Part shown: positions 13,610-28,550 of the stretch, piece by piece
Numbering within the stretch: the first letter of the stretch is position 1
Layout: each line of letters begins with the position of its first letter
NCBI GenBank assembly: GCA_000165425.1
Contig: CT868108.1
Location: 186,001 to 250,000 of the forward strand
Origin: Paramecium tetraurelia
Lineage: Eukaryota
Direction: 5' to 3'
DNA: 64,000 nt
Notes under the pieces: model-generated
The model's database searches: none
Told to the model about the DNA's origin: nothing
The model's input: only the letters and a program-made list of their open reading frames with translations
Position numbers and translations under genes: made by a program

Positions 13610-15007
13610 TCATTTTTGTCTGATAGTATTTAAAAAATTACCTAAATTGGCTTTTTTACCATATAAAACATATTCATATTACACAGACTTCTTTTTTGTT
13701 TCTTTATCTAATTAATAGAATTAGTAATACTCTAAAAATGGACAGGTCCATAAGCTTTTTTCAAGTCAGCTTATTTTTTTGTAAGTGTAGGCAATTTGAC
13801 AGAGTCTAAGAATTATTAGTTTCTAGTTTTGAAGGAGTTCTGTAATATTTTATTGGTTTGATTGAGTAGAGTCTTTTTCTGCATAACGTGAGATGTGTTT
13901 TGGTCTTCTTCAATAAGGGAATCATCTCTTTTGAATTTAATTTAATATATACGCTTTCTTCAATAATTTAATTGATTATAGACTGGTTTCTAACAGTTTT
14001 TGTTATTCTAAATCTCTTAATTCCTTAAAATACGGATGTCTTAGAGCCTATTTAGCATTGATTCTCTCATCAGGATCATAGATAAGCATTTGTTTAATTA
14101 AATCAACTACATCTTTGGGAGCATGGGGAATGAGATTTTCTAAGCCAGTTCCTACTTTGGAAGGGAAATTAATTTCCATATGCGATGCATGTTTCCTGAA
14201 TCGATCGAGCACCTTAGGATTGGGAGTGCCTAAAATGTTATGAATCCGATGAACTTAGTCTAATTCATTGCTTCCAGGAAACAAAGGGAATAATGCAGTA
14301 ATTTCAAATAGCACACATCCAGCACCCCAAATGTCCATCTTACAATCATAATACCCATCTGTCATTAAACATTCAGGGGATCTGTACCATCTTGTGGAAA
14401 TATATTCTGTGTATGGGTGTTTAGAATAAATGCCTTTGCATGATCCCAAGTCGGCTAATTTTAGATGATCTCCTAAAAGTAAAATATTTTCACTAGATAT
14501 TTGAGAATAGTCTTACGGCTTAATATCCCTATGAAAAATGTTATTTGTGTGCATGAAATCTATTGCTTTGAGCAATTAATACATATAACTTCTAATTTTG
14601 TCTTATTTTAATGGTACTTTTCGACCTATTTAATAAGACAAGATTGATACCCTTTATATGTTCGTAAAGGTTTTGCTCCATTAATTCGAATACTAGAGCC
14701 AATCTCCCAGTAGGTTCATCACTAAATGTATTATTAATGAATAATACTAGAGCACTTCTATTAATTTAATTATATGATCATGATTTTGCAACTTTTTCAG
14801 TGCTTGAATTTCTTTCAATTTGTTAACCAAAATTAGTAATAATTCAATACTTGGTCAATTGTTTAAAAAACTTGTTTCATGCATTTAATAGCAACTAATT
14901 GGCTTGTTTTTATAGACTAAGCCTTTATAACTTCTGAAAAGGTGCCTTCTCCCTTCTTAGTTATTAGTTTATAATCTATCCAACTTAATAATGTAATTAC
15001 TTTGCAT
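13610..15007 (-). CDS. MOK: MOK/RAGE (LF4-like) CMGC kinase
   Basis: KKGEGTFSEV, VAIKCMK, HRDIKPEN, LADLGSCKGIYSKHPYTEYISTRWYRSPECLMTDGYY; several introns, one of which (14828-14850) ends in TG. Confidence 0.9.
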
Positions 15008-15157
15008 TCCAAATTTTATTTTATAATATAATAAATTTATAATCATCACAATAAATCCTCTTATTCTCTTTACACTTTGATCTCTAGAGTAAATTAATGC
15101 TTAGGATTTTATCATGTTCTCATTTTCAAATAATAAATAATTTAATTAATTAAATTG

Positions 15158-16042
15158 ATGTACTCATCATTTATTACTAAAAAACCTATTGGATATAGTT
15201 TGCTAATAACATGCATGATTCTTGATCTATTTATTGCAACATCCTAATATTCCAATTACTGCGAATTTTTCAATAAACCAATATATAAGGTGTCATCAGA
15301 TAATGGAATAACAATTTATTAAACTAATTCAGAAGGATGCGTACTAAGTTAAAATTTTGAATTAACTTATATGGGTTTAAGTGTTAGCGATCAAAACGCT
15401 AAATCAGAGGTTGATAATCGAATCACAATATTAAATTCCATTAACACTGAATTATTCGCTTATTTATCTCTCTTTGTCTTCTACTTTCACATTATTACAA
15501 GCTTTTTACCCTTGTTTTTAGACTTCATCTTAAGCATTTCAGAATATTGGGCATACAAAACAAGAAACACTCTCATGATATCATTAATCCGGAATTTAAT
15601 CGTAATCAATTGGTAATTAATGCAACCCTTACTTCTACTTACAACAGTCGTTAACAGTATTACCTATAAAGAATGCTTTGAAGTGTAAGATTTAAGATTC
15701 CTGATCCCAATTTACACAACAGAATGGGCGATCCTTTTCATTGTAGTCATCGTTCTGGAAACTTATACGCTTTTTTTCTTTTTAGTTAAATGGCGAAATG
15801 AATTCCCTTGTTATCTACTAATATTTCAAATGTTCCATTTTGGTATTTTTCACACAGTCATTATTTACAATATGGTTAAGGGATCAAAAAAGCTGTTGCA
15901 AGTTTTATTCACCTATAAATAATGGGTGACAGTTTTTGAAATCCAAAAATTATATCTAGAATTCTATGTAATCTAAGAAAGATTTCGAAATCACAGAATA
16001 TAATAAGCTAAATTTGCTCAATTATATAACTAAAAATTTTGA
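15158..16042 (+). CDS. Hypothetical multipass membrane protein (~294 aa)
   Basis: Uninterrupted code-6 ORF MYSSFITKKPIGYSLLITCMILDLFIA...; several hydrophobic segments; 885 nt. Confidence 0.7.
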
Positions 16043-16519
16043 ATCATTATTTAACTATTAAAGTAAGAAAAACTTATAAACTCATTGATTATATTTATAT
16101 TAAACTTAAGAATTATGAATTCATGCTTGCAATTGAATTATCAAAAGTGATATAATTTATATCTTAATAATATTATTACTTTTTGGATATATATTCTTGT
16201 TATGGGTTTAAGTTTGTGTAAAATCTTCTTCAAGAATTATCTATTTGATTATTAGATAGCTAGTTAATGTGATTATTGATTTTATGTAAACTATTGTTGT
16301 TCAAATTAATAAACTTTAAATTTGATTCCAAAATTATATTTAATATTCCAATTCTCTTAACCTATAGTTTACTATTTAATTTACTCGTACCCAAAAGAAA
16401 GTATTTGACTTAAAAAAATTTTATACCTTAAATTTAACCTCAAAAGTAGAGTATTTTCATTTATGAAGTATATGATAATAATAAATGTTATATTTCATTA
16501 CAAAAAATATAAATTTTAT

Positions 16520-17837
16520 TCATTTTTATTTTTTTAACTATTATTTATTTATCTATTGCATTCTTTCAAATAGTGTAAGCCCTGGCTCGAATTCTTAAAT
16601 CTCATCCAGCTGCAAATCAGTCATCAAAAATAAATCTTCTTAAATTTTTAGATGATGAATCCTTTCGATTTATCTAATAAATATAATAAAAATAGACTTA
16701 CTTTTTTTGAATTTGTGATGGTAATTCTTCAATATTAACATCAGCTGTAAATGATTTCCTTCCAACATCTAAAAATTACTATTATTTATTAATATTCTTT
16801 TCGTTATCTTGAGAATTTCTGATTTCCTCCTTTGTCCAATCAAATTTTGAATCAAAAGGATATCCTAATGTTTGATATAATTTCTAAAAAGATTTCTATA
16901 TATATTCGTAATTTGGATCTCCATCAAATGATATATTTTAAATATATTTGAAATAATCTTCGAATGTTTTAGGCAATCCAGAACTATTGATATTTTTATT
17001 AAAATATACCATAACTCTTCAATAGATGTATTCATCTTCTTCGATCCAATCAACTTTATTTTTTCTTCTGGTGTCTCTGCATGAATGTGCATCCATGGAA
17101 GTGAACCTTTCAAAAAGTAAACGGCCAAATAACCTAAACTCTCTAGATCGCTAGCTCTATTTTAAGATAAGCTCAAATGAGAGCAAATTGGGCAAAATCT
17201 AGGCTTAGCAAAGTTAATCATTTAAGTACCTGGGAGTTCCAATTACATTCTCATTTTTCTGTCTTTCTATATGTTATCCTTAATCTCTATATTTTAATGT
17301 AAATCCAAAGTCAATAAGATAAATTTCATCTTCTTTTAAACCTGTCATAAAATTCTCTGGTTTTATATCTCTATGTATATAATCATTCATGTGTAAATAT
17401 TATAGTCGTTATATTGCCTAATCTAAAAACATCAGAACTGTTTTTAATGAAAATACTTTTTTTGGAGTCTGCATTAATAACTAGTATAAATTTTGTCCTA
17501 GTAATGTTTAGACAATGAAACTTTCAGTTCCATTTTAAATAAAATAATATAATCGTGGAAATCCAATATTCCCATTTAATTTATACAGTACATCTACTTC
17601 ATTCTTAACAGATTGAGCAAGATTAGGATTTTTGCCTGTCTATAAGATCTTGACAGCGTAATATTCTTGTTTTATTTGATGAATTGCCAAATAGATATGA
17701 CCGAAGGTGCCTATGAAATAAGAAGATTTTTAACCTTAATTTAATGGACTGAGAATTCGATAGTTTTTGCAGACAACTTTATCAATCCATTTATTTTAAG
17801 TTTGCTTTTAACTTAATTTATCATTTCGTTTTGACAT
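16520..17837 (-). CDS. Casein kinase 1 family protein kinase
   Basis: GTFGHIY, GFPRLYY, LLGQNL, FSLKTVLM, IHRDIKPENF, IYLIDFG, IGTPRF, DLESLGY, GSLPW; four small introns. Confidence 0.9.
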
Positions 17838-18218
17838 CGATTTAATGTATTAAAGTGTATTTGTAATAATCTATTTATATTATCATTTATTTATCAAATC
17901 AGTTAATCCTCCTTTGGGTATAGAATTAAATATACATAATTTAGATATAAATTGTTATCAATTGTATAAATTATCAAGATTAAGAAATCCCTTATTTTAT
18001 CTCAAAGTAATCTGAACTGAATTTTACATCAAAAGTGGATTCATTAATTATAATGAATTAGTATTTATATATAAACATACATGTGAGACTCTTATTTAAA
18101 ATATAATGATGATAAATTGCTGAAGACATATTTTTAAAAGTTGTCTTTGCATGTATACATGTATTGATGGGAATAAACCTTTGAAATTAATACTATAATT
18201 GAATCATTAATAATAATA

Positions 18219-19966
18219 ATGATAAAAGTCTATAATCCAGAATTACTTATTTCTGATGCATAGGATAAATTAACATAACTAGTTAGGGATGATTTTAAGC
18301 CATTCATTTTGAGATGTGAATAACACAAACTCTGTGTATTGGAAAATGAGAACTTGATACTATTTTCTGTGCTTTTTGATAAATGTTAGCCTATCATTGA
18401 TGAAGCCTTATTGTATACATGATTATAAATAAGAACGATTACGCTTGTGAGTTAAAAGAATGAATCTAAAATAATAGCAATTAAGTTTGCAGACAAGAAA
18501 GGCATGTCTTATTTGCAACATTATGTATATATATTCATGGTATCTAGATTAATTCAAGAAAAACATATACAAAGTATATGGGTCCTTTGGCATATCAACC
18601 AGTGAGAAAAGAAAGGACATCATTATTGAGTACGGAATCCCCAGAATAAAATTTCAGAGGAATATTAAATCTGGCAATTCTGATATTGATAGCTAATCAT
18701 ATTAGATTGATATTCGAGAATTTTTAAAAGTATGGTTTGCTTATAACAAATGTCTTCTGGAAGTTTGAGATGGTGTAAATAAATGGTAATCCTATCATGT
18801 AAGCTTTGTTGGTATTAATTATTAATTTGTTGTCTGGATTTGGAATTCAATATTTATAATTTAAAAGAGATTTTAATCCTAGATTTATTAGAATATTTAA
18901 TATAACTAACATTGCATTAACAATAATACTCCCATGTTATTTAATTTAGGGATCGCATCCAGGATTAAATTTGATTCTTCTAGGTGTTCAATTTATAGTT
19001 TTTATGAAGTTGATAAGTTATGCACACTTTTTGAGGAACACTTACTTTTATATTTAAAGAATAAAGTAAGTATAAAATAAGAAGGTATCCCTTGATAATT
19101 TCTTTGCTGAATACGAAGTCAATGGTGAAAACCTTAAGATATTAGAGAAATATGCTCAAAATTAATCAAGGATTTTGGACTTTCAACACTACTTATATTT
19201 TCTAGCTGCTCCTACATTGTGCTTCCAATTGTCATATCTAAGAACCAATTCTATAAGGAAAGTTTGGTTGATCAAGAGGATAATCGAATATATTTTTGTG
19301 ATACTCTTTTTATTGATCATTTGGTTCCAATACACAGAACCACTTGTGGAGAATACATACAAAATGCTAACTAAAGCTCCCACTCTTATGGTGCTTGCTG
19401 ATCGATTGTTAAAGTTGGCAATACCTAATACATATATGTGGATAGCCTTATTTTATGGATAATTCTAATGCTTTTTAAATATCACAGCAGAACTCTTACG
19501 ATTTGCAGATAGAGAGTTTTACAAAGATTGGTGGAACTGTAAGAATCTCGAAGAATATTGGAGATTATGGAATTTACCTGTCCATCATTGGTTAGTTAGT
19601 ATATTATGTAGTTAATATTATAATAGGACACATATATTTTCCATGTCTAAAATCAGGGATGAGCAGAACTACTTCAAATTTGATAGTGTTTTTAGTATCA
19701 GCTTTGGGTCATGAATACATAGTCAGTGCTTCAATTGGAGTGATAGAGGCTTGGGCATTTGTGGGAATGTTTGCATAGGCACCATTTATGTTAATGTAGA
19801 AGAAATTAGAGAAAGTAATATATGAAAATATCATAAGTTACTTAAATTATAAGACTCCTAATTAGGAAATTTAATGTTTTGGATGACTTTTTGTTTTATT
19901 GGATAACCAATTATGATCTTTGTTTATTACTTTAGATATTTAGAAAAGATTGGCCATCCAATATGA
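18219..19966 (+). CDS. DGAT1: Diacylglycerol O-acyltransferase 1 (MBOAT) with ~100-aa N-terminal extension
   Basis: SLLS..NFRGILNL, MKLISYAH, FLAAPTLCFQ, AELLRFADREFYKDWWN, WNLPVHHWLVRH, FLVSALGHEY. Confidence 0.9.
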
Positions 19967-20013
19967 TATTTTAAATATGTTAGAGTATCAAAAAAAGATA
20001 TAATAGTTGAATT

Positions 20014-22928
20014 TCAATCATCTTCTTCCACAACAGTAAACATTGATTTGTTAATATTTCCATACTGTAATTTATATTCTTCAGAAGCACAAGTATTCGC
20101 TAATTGAATTATCATCTTCTCTAATTTTAAATTAAGTGGTTAAACAACTCTTTAATCCCAAGTTAAATCTACTGCATCAATTCCTGGCATAGAGGCTTTA
20201 TCAGCTATTCTTGCTATTGCTTCTAAGCATTCAATTAAAGTCATCTAAAATATCCTATCACTTTCTAATTCATCTACTTAAAGCATTATTGATAAATTAA
20301 AAGCCTAGCTTAAATTAAAATTTTGCATTATCTGCGTCTCTTTCAACAAATCTTTCATCAGATAGACTGGCTTATGAACATATTTCGTGTATTTCATCTA
20401 AACACATAAACTTCTTCTAACCTAGTTTCACCTTTTTCACACAATATTTATTATAAATGTGATTGAGTAATGGTCTAAAGAATTTCAAGCAATCGTCAAA
20501 TTGCTCATTGAAATTTCTTTCATCCCTCCACTTGTATGCATAAAAATGGACATATATGTTTACATTGCTCTAATATCATTTTTGTTGCCTCTAACATATT
20601 ATTAGCAACTTTAGTTTCCAAGTACTTATCCTCTGAAACACTTACAAGAAACTCCATAAATTAAAATCTACAAAGAGTTCGTTCTGGATTTCTAAAATTT
20701 CTTTGTATTCGATTGAGGCTGCACAAGTTGCAATGAATTTCAATTCCAAATCTGATAATTTTAATGTTTTTCCATCTATAAGTTCTGTTTATTAAGCAAA
20801 CTCTGTAATAACATTTGAAGATATTGACCACATATCCCCTGTTGGACTGTTAGAACTATATTATTTATAAGTTTCCTTAATTAATTTATAATGTGCCCAC
20901 AAAACAGTCTTAATTTCTAAGAATTCATCAGGATTCTTAACAATTTTAGATATTTTACTACAAGAAAAGTCTTTTTCAAAGCATTTCTTTAATAAATCCC
21001 CTTTCTCAAATTTAAAATCTTTAGCCCAAATAGAAATGGGAAATGTCCATATCTCTTTTGTTTTTTCAATTTTGGAGGTATATAAACTGGATCTGGTGTT
21101 CTAGGTAACACACCAAATAAAGGTTTGAATTCAACTTAATCAAAAGTTTGAAAATGTTTGTCCTTCTTTACCTAATTCACATTATCCATCAAAACACTTA
21201 TATAGTTATAATTGTAATTAATTTTTAATTAGTGTCCATAAGGAACATTAGGTTAATCATTAGCAATCACTTATGTATCATTCATAGTGTAAATATATTA
21301 GGTAGTATTTGTAGGGATCATTAAAGTTAACGTTATTTGATCATAAATCTTAGGAATATACACTTATTTATAGGCCTCGAAATCCAAATGAATAAATAAA
21401 GGATCTGCTTCACCTTCTCCTGAAGCATCAGGTGTCCAAGTAAACTTCTACACTTACAAACCTTCACATATCCAACACACATTTTCCTATCTGATTGTTG
21501 TAGTCTACTATAATCCTTTGATTCTAGGTGTTTCTCCTAAGACTCGCTATAATTCGTTCTTCTATCTCTATAAGAATCCTCTTGCATCAACAACTCCCTA
21601 ATTATTCACAAAATGAAATCCATATATTGTTCTGTTTTAATGCATTTGCTATTAATTTTACAATCACTTAAATTAAATTGATTGGATGATAAATCAAAAT
21701 GCAACACAGTCTTATTAGTAAGCAAAAAATCGTATATCTTCTATATACGTTACACATCTTTCTCTCTTAGATTCCAAAGCTATTCCAACCAGCATCAAAT
21801 ACCAATAAAGTCTTATTCTCTATTAAGCCTTCAAATATCTTCTACCCTCCCCACCCTTTTATTTAATTCCAATGAATATATAATTACTCCATATTATCTA
21901 ATTGAATAATGCTTTCCTTAATAATCTCTGCAATATCATTAGTCAAATAATTTTTGCTACCATTTAGTGATTTCAACTTATTATTGCTATTCAATAATGC
22001 CTTCAAAATACGAGTTACATTTCTGTCTCCTAATTTATTATCCTCTAAATTTAATACTTCTAATCTATATGTAATTCTATTTTATTACTTATTTTCCCTT
22101 GATTATATTTGCTACCAAATTGAATCTGTTCCTATTTTTCCAATGTTATTTTATTAAAGATCGAGAACCTTGGCCACCTTTCCAATTTAATTCAATAGTT
22201 TAGTTGCTCCTGAACTTTGAATTCTATTATTTGCCATATAAAAATCTTTGATATTTGGATTGACTTTCAAACCCTCACTTAACATTGATGCATATCTATC
22301 TCCATATTTCTAATGACTAATCTAAAGAGATTATTCACTGCCTTTAGTTTTGACAACTCCTATCTAACAAGGTAATACATCAATTTATTCTGCCTAACTA
22401 AGCTTTGCAGTTTACACACTATCTATTTATCCATCTAAAACTTACCTGAAATGTTGAAGAACTCATTTTATTAACGAACCTTATTCACTTTTTTGTAATG
22501 TTGATAATATAATTAGACTAAGGTCCAACTAAAGGTTTGTTTAATAAATCTTCTTTCACTATTGTTGGTGACAATTACAAATTCTTTCTTATTTCGTTTT
22601 CTAGTTCTTCCTCAAGAGGATCTGGCTTCTTTTTTGGTTTGAGAACATTATCGACCCTAAAAAATTTCTTTTTGTTATCTGAATTATAGGGTACCATAGC
22701 AGCAATTTTAGCAAGAACTATAATTCTAAAATTTAAGTTTACACTATGGATTTATTTGACTTTCGTGTGGCATCGAATAGGATGCATTTCTAGAAAGATG
22801 AGTACTACTTGGATTCATCACAGTTGAAGCTTCTTAAAATTATACACTGGTTCTTCTTCTATCTAATTATCTAATTGATTTTAATATTTATTTGCTTTTT
22901 CTGAATCAAAATGGCTATCCTCGATCAT
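20014..22928 (-). pseudogene. RNI-like leucine-rich-repeat protein with conserved C-terminal domain, frameshifted
   Basis: LRRs (LEVLNLEDNKLGD, LYIHWNQIKGWGG, FDAGWNSFG), CWICEG, IHLDFE, LCRFQFMEFLV. Frame breaks near 22840, 22517, 21745 and 20700 that GT-AG introns do not explain. Confidence 0.65.
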
Positions 22929-23072
22929 TTATAATTTGATTTATAATATTGAGATAAAATATACTAATAAAATTTTGATATATTAAAATGTATTCATTTT
23001 GCTTTTGTAAAGATCTCTAGAATTTATAATATAAAATTATTTGTCTTATGATTAATAATAAATTAAATAAAA

Positions 23073-23521
23073 ATGTCAAAAATTTCTGAAATTAATATTA
23101 TTGACGGTAAAAGAAAGAGAGTAATGTCAACTGACGGTGTTTTAGCTTGTGTTACAACCAATCTATTAAAAACTACTAATTAAAAATAAGGTATTAAATA
23201 GAAGAAACCTTTGAAGTAAAAAAAGAAAATAGTGATTTAATAAGAATCAGATAGCTCAGCTGTTTAAGTAGTTGAGAAATCTTAAAAGGAAACAGAAGAG
23301 AAAGTGAGAATAACAAAAAGTGCTCTTACAGAATTGATCAGTTAGCATTTTCTAATCATTGATGATGAAGAATAGAAGCAATAATAGGTATTAAAAATCC
23401 TCCAAATTTTTAGCCAAAAAAACATGTCAAGCATTAATTAAGAGATTCAAATAGTGAAAGTTCAAGTTCAGATAAATCATCATCAGAAAACATTCCAAAA
23501 AGATATAAACATAAGGCATGA
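23073..23521 (+). CDS. Small basic, low-complexity hypothetical protein
   Basis: MSKISEINIIDGKRKRVMS...; reaching TGA 23519-23521 requires a ~35-nt intron (23341-23375) or a frameshift. Confidence 0.5.
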
Positions 23522-24560
23522 AAAATACAAATCATTTATTCTATTAAATAATTAATTACAAAATTGATGTAAATCTAATTATTAAATATTTTTTCCCTTT
23601 CCTGATTATATTCTATCTACCAATCACAAGATTTATATATAATTGATTAAATTAAATCACCATTTTTTAATTCATTTCAAAATTTTTATATTAAATAAAA
23701 CTCAGGTTATTCTCTTACTAAATAATTTTATAATACTATATCGAATGACTAATTAAGACGCAAAAATAATAAGGGAGATGAAGTTCAGTGGCTTTATGAA
23801 ATTCTAATTAATAAGTAATGAAATTTAATAAGAATCATTGAGAAATGAGAATTAACACTTAAATGTTTATGAACATCTTATTATCAACCGACATAAATAA
23901 TATGTATCTTGATAATTCTTGTATTAGTATACATCATTCTAGATAAATCAAATAATAGTATTATATTGTAAAAACACTTGAAAGGACAGATGCTATTAAA
24001 ATTCTAACATTTAACGTTAACCAAATCGCTGATGATTCTCCTCCTTAGAATAGTAATGTAATCTCAATTATCTTAGAGGAAATCGTTGATAAATTAAATT
24101 GAATACTATCAATAGAGCTATTAATATACTCTCTAAGCCTTCTCTATCAAAATTTACATATCCAAGAAAATTATGCAAATGATTATCTCACAATGAAAAT
24201 AATCAGCGATTTTCTGATATATTTAAGTGAAAAATTGCGTTTCATAAATTTCGTAAACATACAAACTACAAGTTTATATTTAATGTAAAATAATATTTGA
24301 AGAATCCAAGGTTTCATTCACCTTTAAACCAAAATTCATACTTATCAGTTAAAAATTAGTAGGATTAATAGGATGAGCAAGAATTTAATAATTAAACAAT
24401 TTTTGGAAATTCTTAATTACAATCTAAATGAAAAATCATAAGAAAATCTTTCAACCAATTACTGATTTTTCATTACTCAATTTACAATTCTAGTTTTTAT
24501 GTAATAGTTTCATTTATTATACGATACTAAATATTATAAACAAATGTCAATATAAATATT

Positions 24561-25789
24561 ATGTAATAATAATCACCACCTCCAAAAATAATTTAAATAG
24601 ACTTCAGTACAGAAATGCTTGGGAAATATGCTTCTTACAGAATTCAAGTCGATCAAAATATAGTTTGTAGAAGATTCAATGATTTTGTTCACTTTTATGA
24701 GGCATTACGTGCTAATTACCCTGGAGTATTTGTGCCTAGACTCCCTGAAAAACAAGCTATGGTAACATTGCAATTAGGATCATAGGGTAATCTGGGAGAA
24801 GACTTCCTTAGAGTCAGAAGAAGAATGCTTCAATATTTTCTGATTTCAATATTCAAAAGGAAGATCTTATGGAATTCGCCAGAAACTAAATAATTCCTCA
24901 ATGAGTAGAACTAAACTTGGATACCAATAAATAATGAAAGTACATCATTAGAAGAAAAATATAAAACTAATCTTCCTGATTGCTCAAATGTAAACAACTT
25001 AATTAATTGAAGTTAGAAATTACATTAGATATGAAATGCTAATTCTATGATTTTTAGTCATTCGTAGTTAAGGTCAAGCCCATGATAGAAAACTTTAAAA
25101 AGATGTGTAACAATTATGTGACTGCAAAGACCAATTTCAATACAGAAAAACTGATTTTTGTGAATTATGTACTTCCAGAGTTTGAAAAGAATTTATTGTT
25201 TAAAAGTGATAAAAAGTTTTTCGAAAAAATAAAGCCTTTAGATTTGATGAAGAATTAAAGATATGATTAAGTTCGTAAGTTTTAGAGTGATCAAATTTTG
25301 ATTGATTTGTCTATTTTGGAGAGTGACATTGAAGTAATAAAATAACAGAATTAAATATTAGTCTCATTTGATTTAATTTGAATAGATACGAAAGTGGGAA
25401 GATAGGATACTAAAATATGAGGACAAAATAAGGTAATGTCAATTAGATTTATAATAAACGATAAACAATTAGAGAAATACTGTAGCTAAGCTATTATTTG
25501 GATCAAAGGACAAAGAAATATTGAGATTATAGAATTAGATTGAATAAGTAATTTTGTATTATATGTATTTTTAGTATTCTAAAACAATATAGGAATTGAA
25601 GGTATTAATAAATATAACAATGGGGTAAGTTTGTCTATTTGAAATTCCTGATTTTGTAAAGGAAAAGGAACAAAATCTTTTTAAATTAATAAAACTCATA
25701 GGATAATTGGAAATGGAACAAGTTGGTATAATAGGTGAATATTGGCAGAACATTCTGGATTCTCGTTTAATATCTCAAATTGAATAGTA
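24561..25789 (+). CDS. PX-domain sorting nexin-like protein; 3' end falls in a gap
   Basis: PX motifs VCRRFNDFVHFYEALRANYPGVFVPRLPEK and FLRVRRRMLQYFL, followed by a helical/coiled C-terminal region; several introns. Confidence 0.85.
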
Positions 25790-25939
25790 NNNNNNNNNNN
25801 NNNNNNNNNNNNNNNNNNNNNNNNNNNNNNNNNNNNNNNNNNNNNNNNNNNNNNNNNNNNNNNNNNNNNNNNNNNNNNNNNNNNNNNNNNNNNNNNNNNN
25901 NNNNNNNNNNNNNNNNNNNNNNNNNNNNNNNNNNNNNNN
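25790..25939. other. Assembly gap (150 N)
   Basis: Run of N. Confidence 1.
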
Positions 25940-27437
<1,498 letters not shown>

Positions 27438-28550
27438 TGAAAAATAAAATAGATTTGGGAATGTTAATTTAGAAATATTTAAACAAGATTTAAGTATTGA
27501 AATATTCTTTCACAAACAGATATTGTAAATTATCAAATCAATTAATTAATATTGGGTTTACCTATGACAACATTAAAGATATCTATTTAAGAATCATATA
27601 ATATAATTTAATAATATTTTTAATCTTTAATTGTTGGAATAGTTAAAGTAGGATTAACGAAGCATCAATAACATAAACCTATTAGACTTTATGAATAAAT
27701 ATAATCCACGACCTGCAAATAAAAAAACTATGGTTAATGATCAAGATTTTATCGATGAATTGGAACAATTTTTGGATCAATTGGATAAAACCAAAAAGGT
27801 AAAAATTCATTGAAGAATCAATGATAATTTTTGATGATTATGATGGTCAATAAATTTTGGAGTTCAATAATTTAATTAATACCAATAATAAATTCGAAAC
27901 TCAATCATCTAAACATAAGATGGATGGTTAGATAAGCTTCCAATAAAACATGAATTTGATGATCTAGAAGAACTAAAAAAAACTATCCTAATGATATTAA
28001 ATATACAATAAATTTTTGCGCACTTATCATAATTTTGAGATTTTCAATAAATTCGTATATTATAATAGTCACGATGTAGAAACAATCGATATAAGTTACA
28101 AATTCTGATAAGTCAATATATCTCAAAAGACTTTTGATAAAATACATTTATTTATGTTTGTTCAATTTTTAATGTATTCATAGTTTAATAATTGCAATTA
28201 AAAATTTTGACTAAAATATTGTTTAAAGTTTTAATGAAATTTGTCTAATTGTAAATATCTTAGAAAATAAAGAACTACGATGTTTCCATTAGAGAATATC
28301 TAAAAAGCAGATAGACTAAATATATAGATAGTAAAAAAAAATATAAAATAAATTTAATTAAGAAAGTCAGAATTCTTTTTATAATCTAAGTAACTTATGA
28401 AATTCAATATTTATCAAAATGCTCTGAGATTAAAACTGATGATTTCTTTAGTTAAACTATTCCATATATTTAATAATTTTGCATAATGGTCTATAAAATT
28501 AATTGTTTTAAAGCAATCCCATTCTCATTTTATTTGATAAATATATATCA

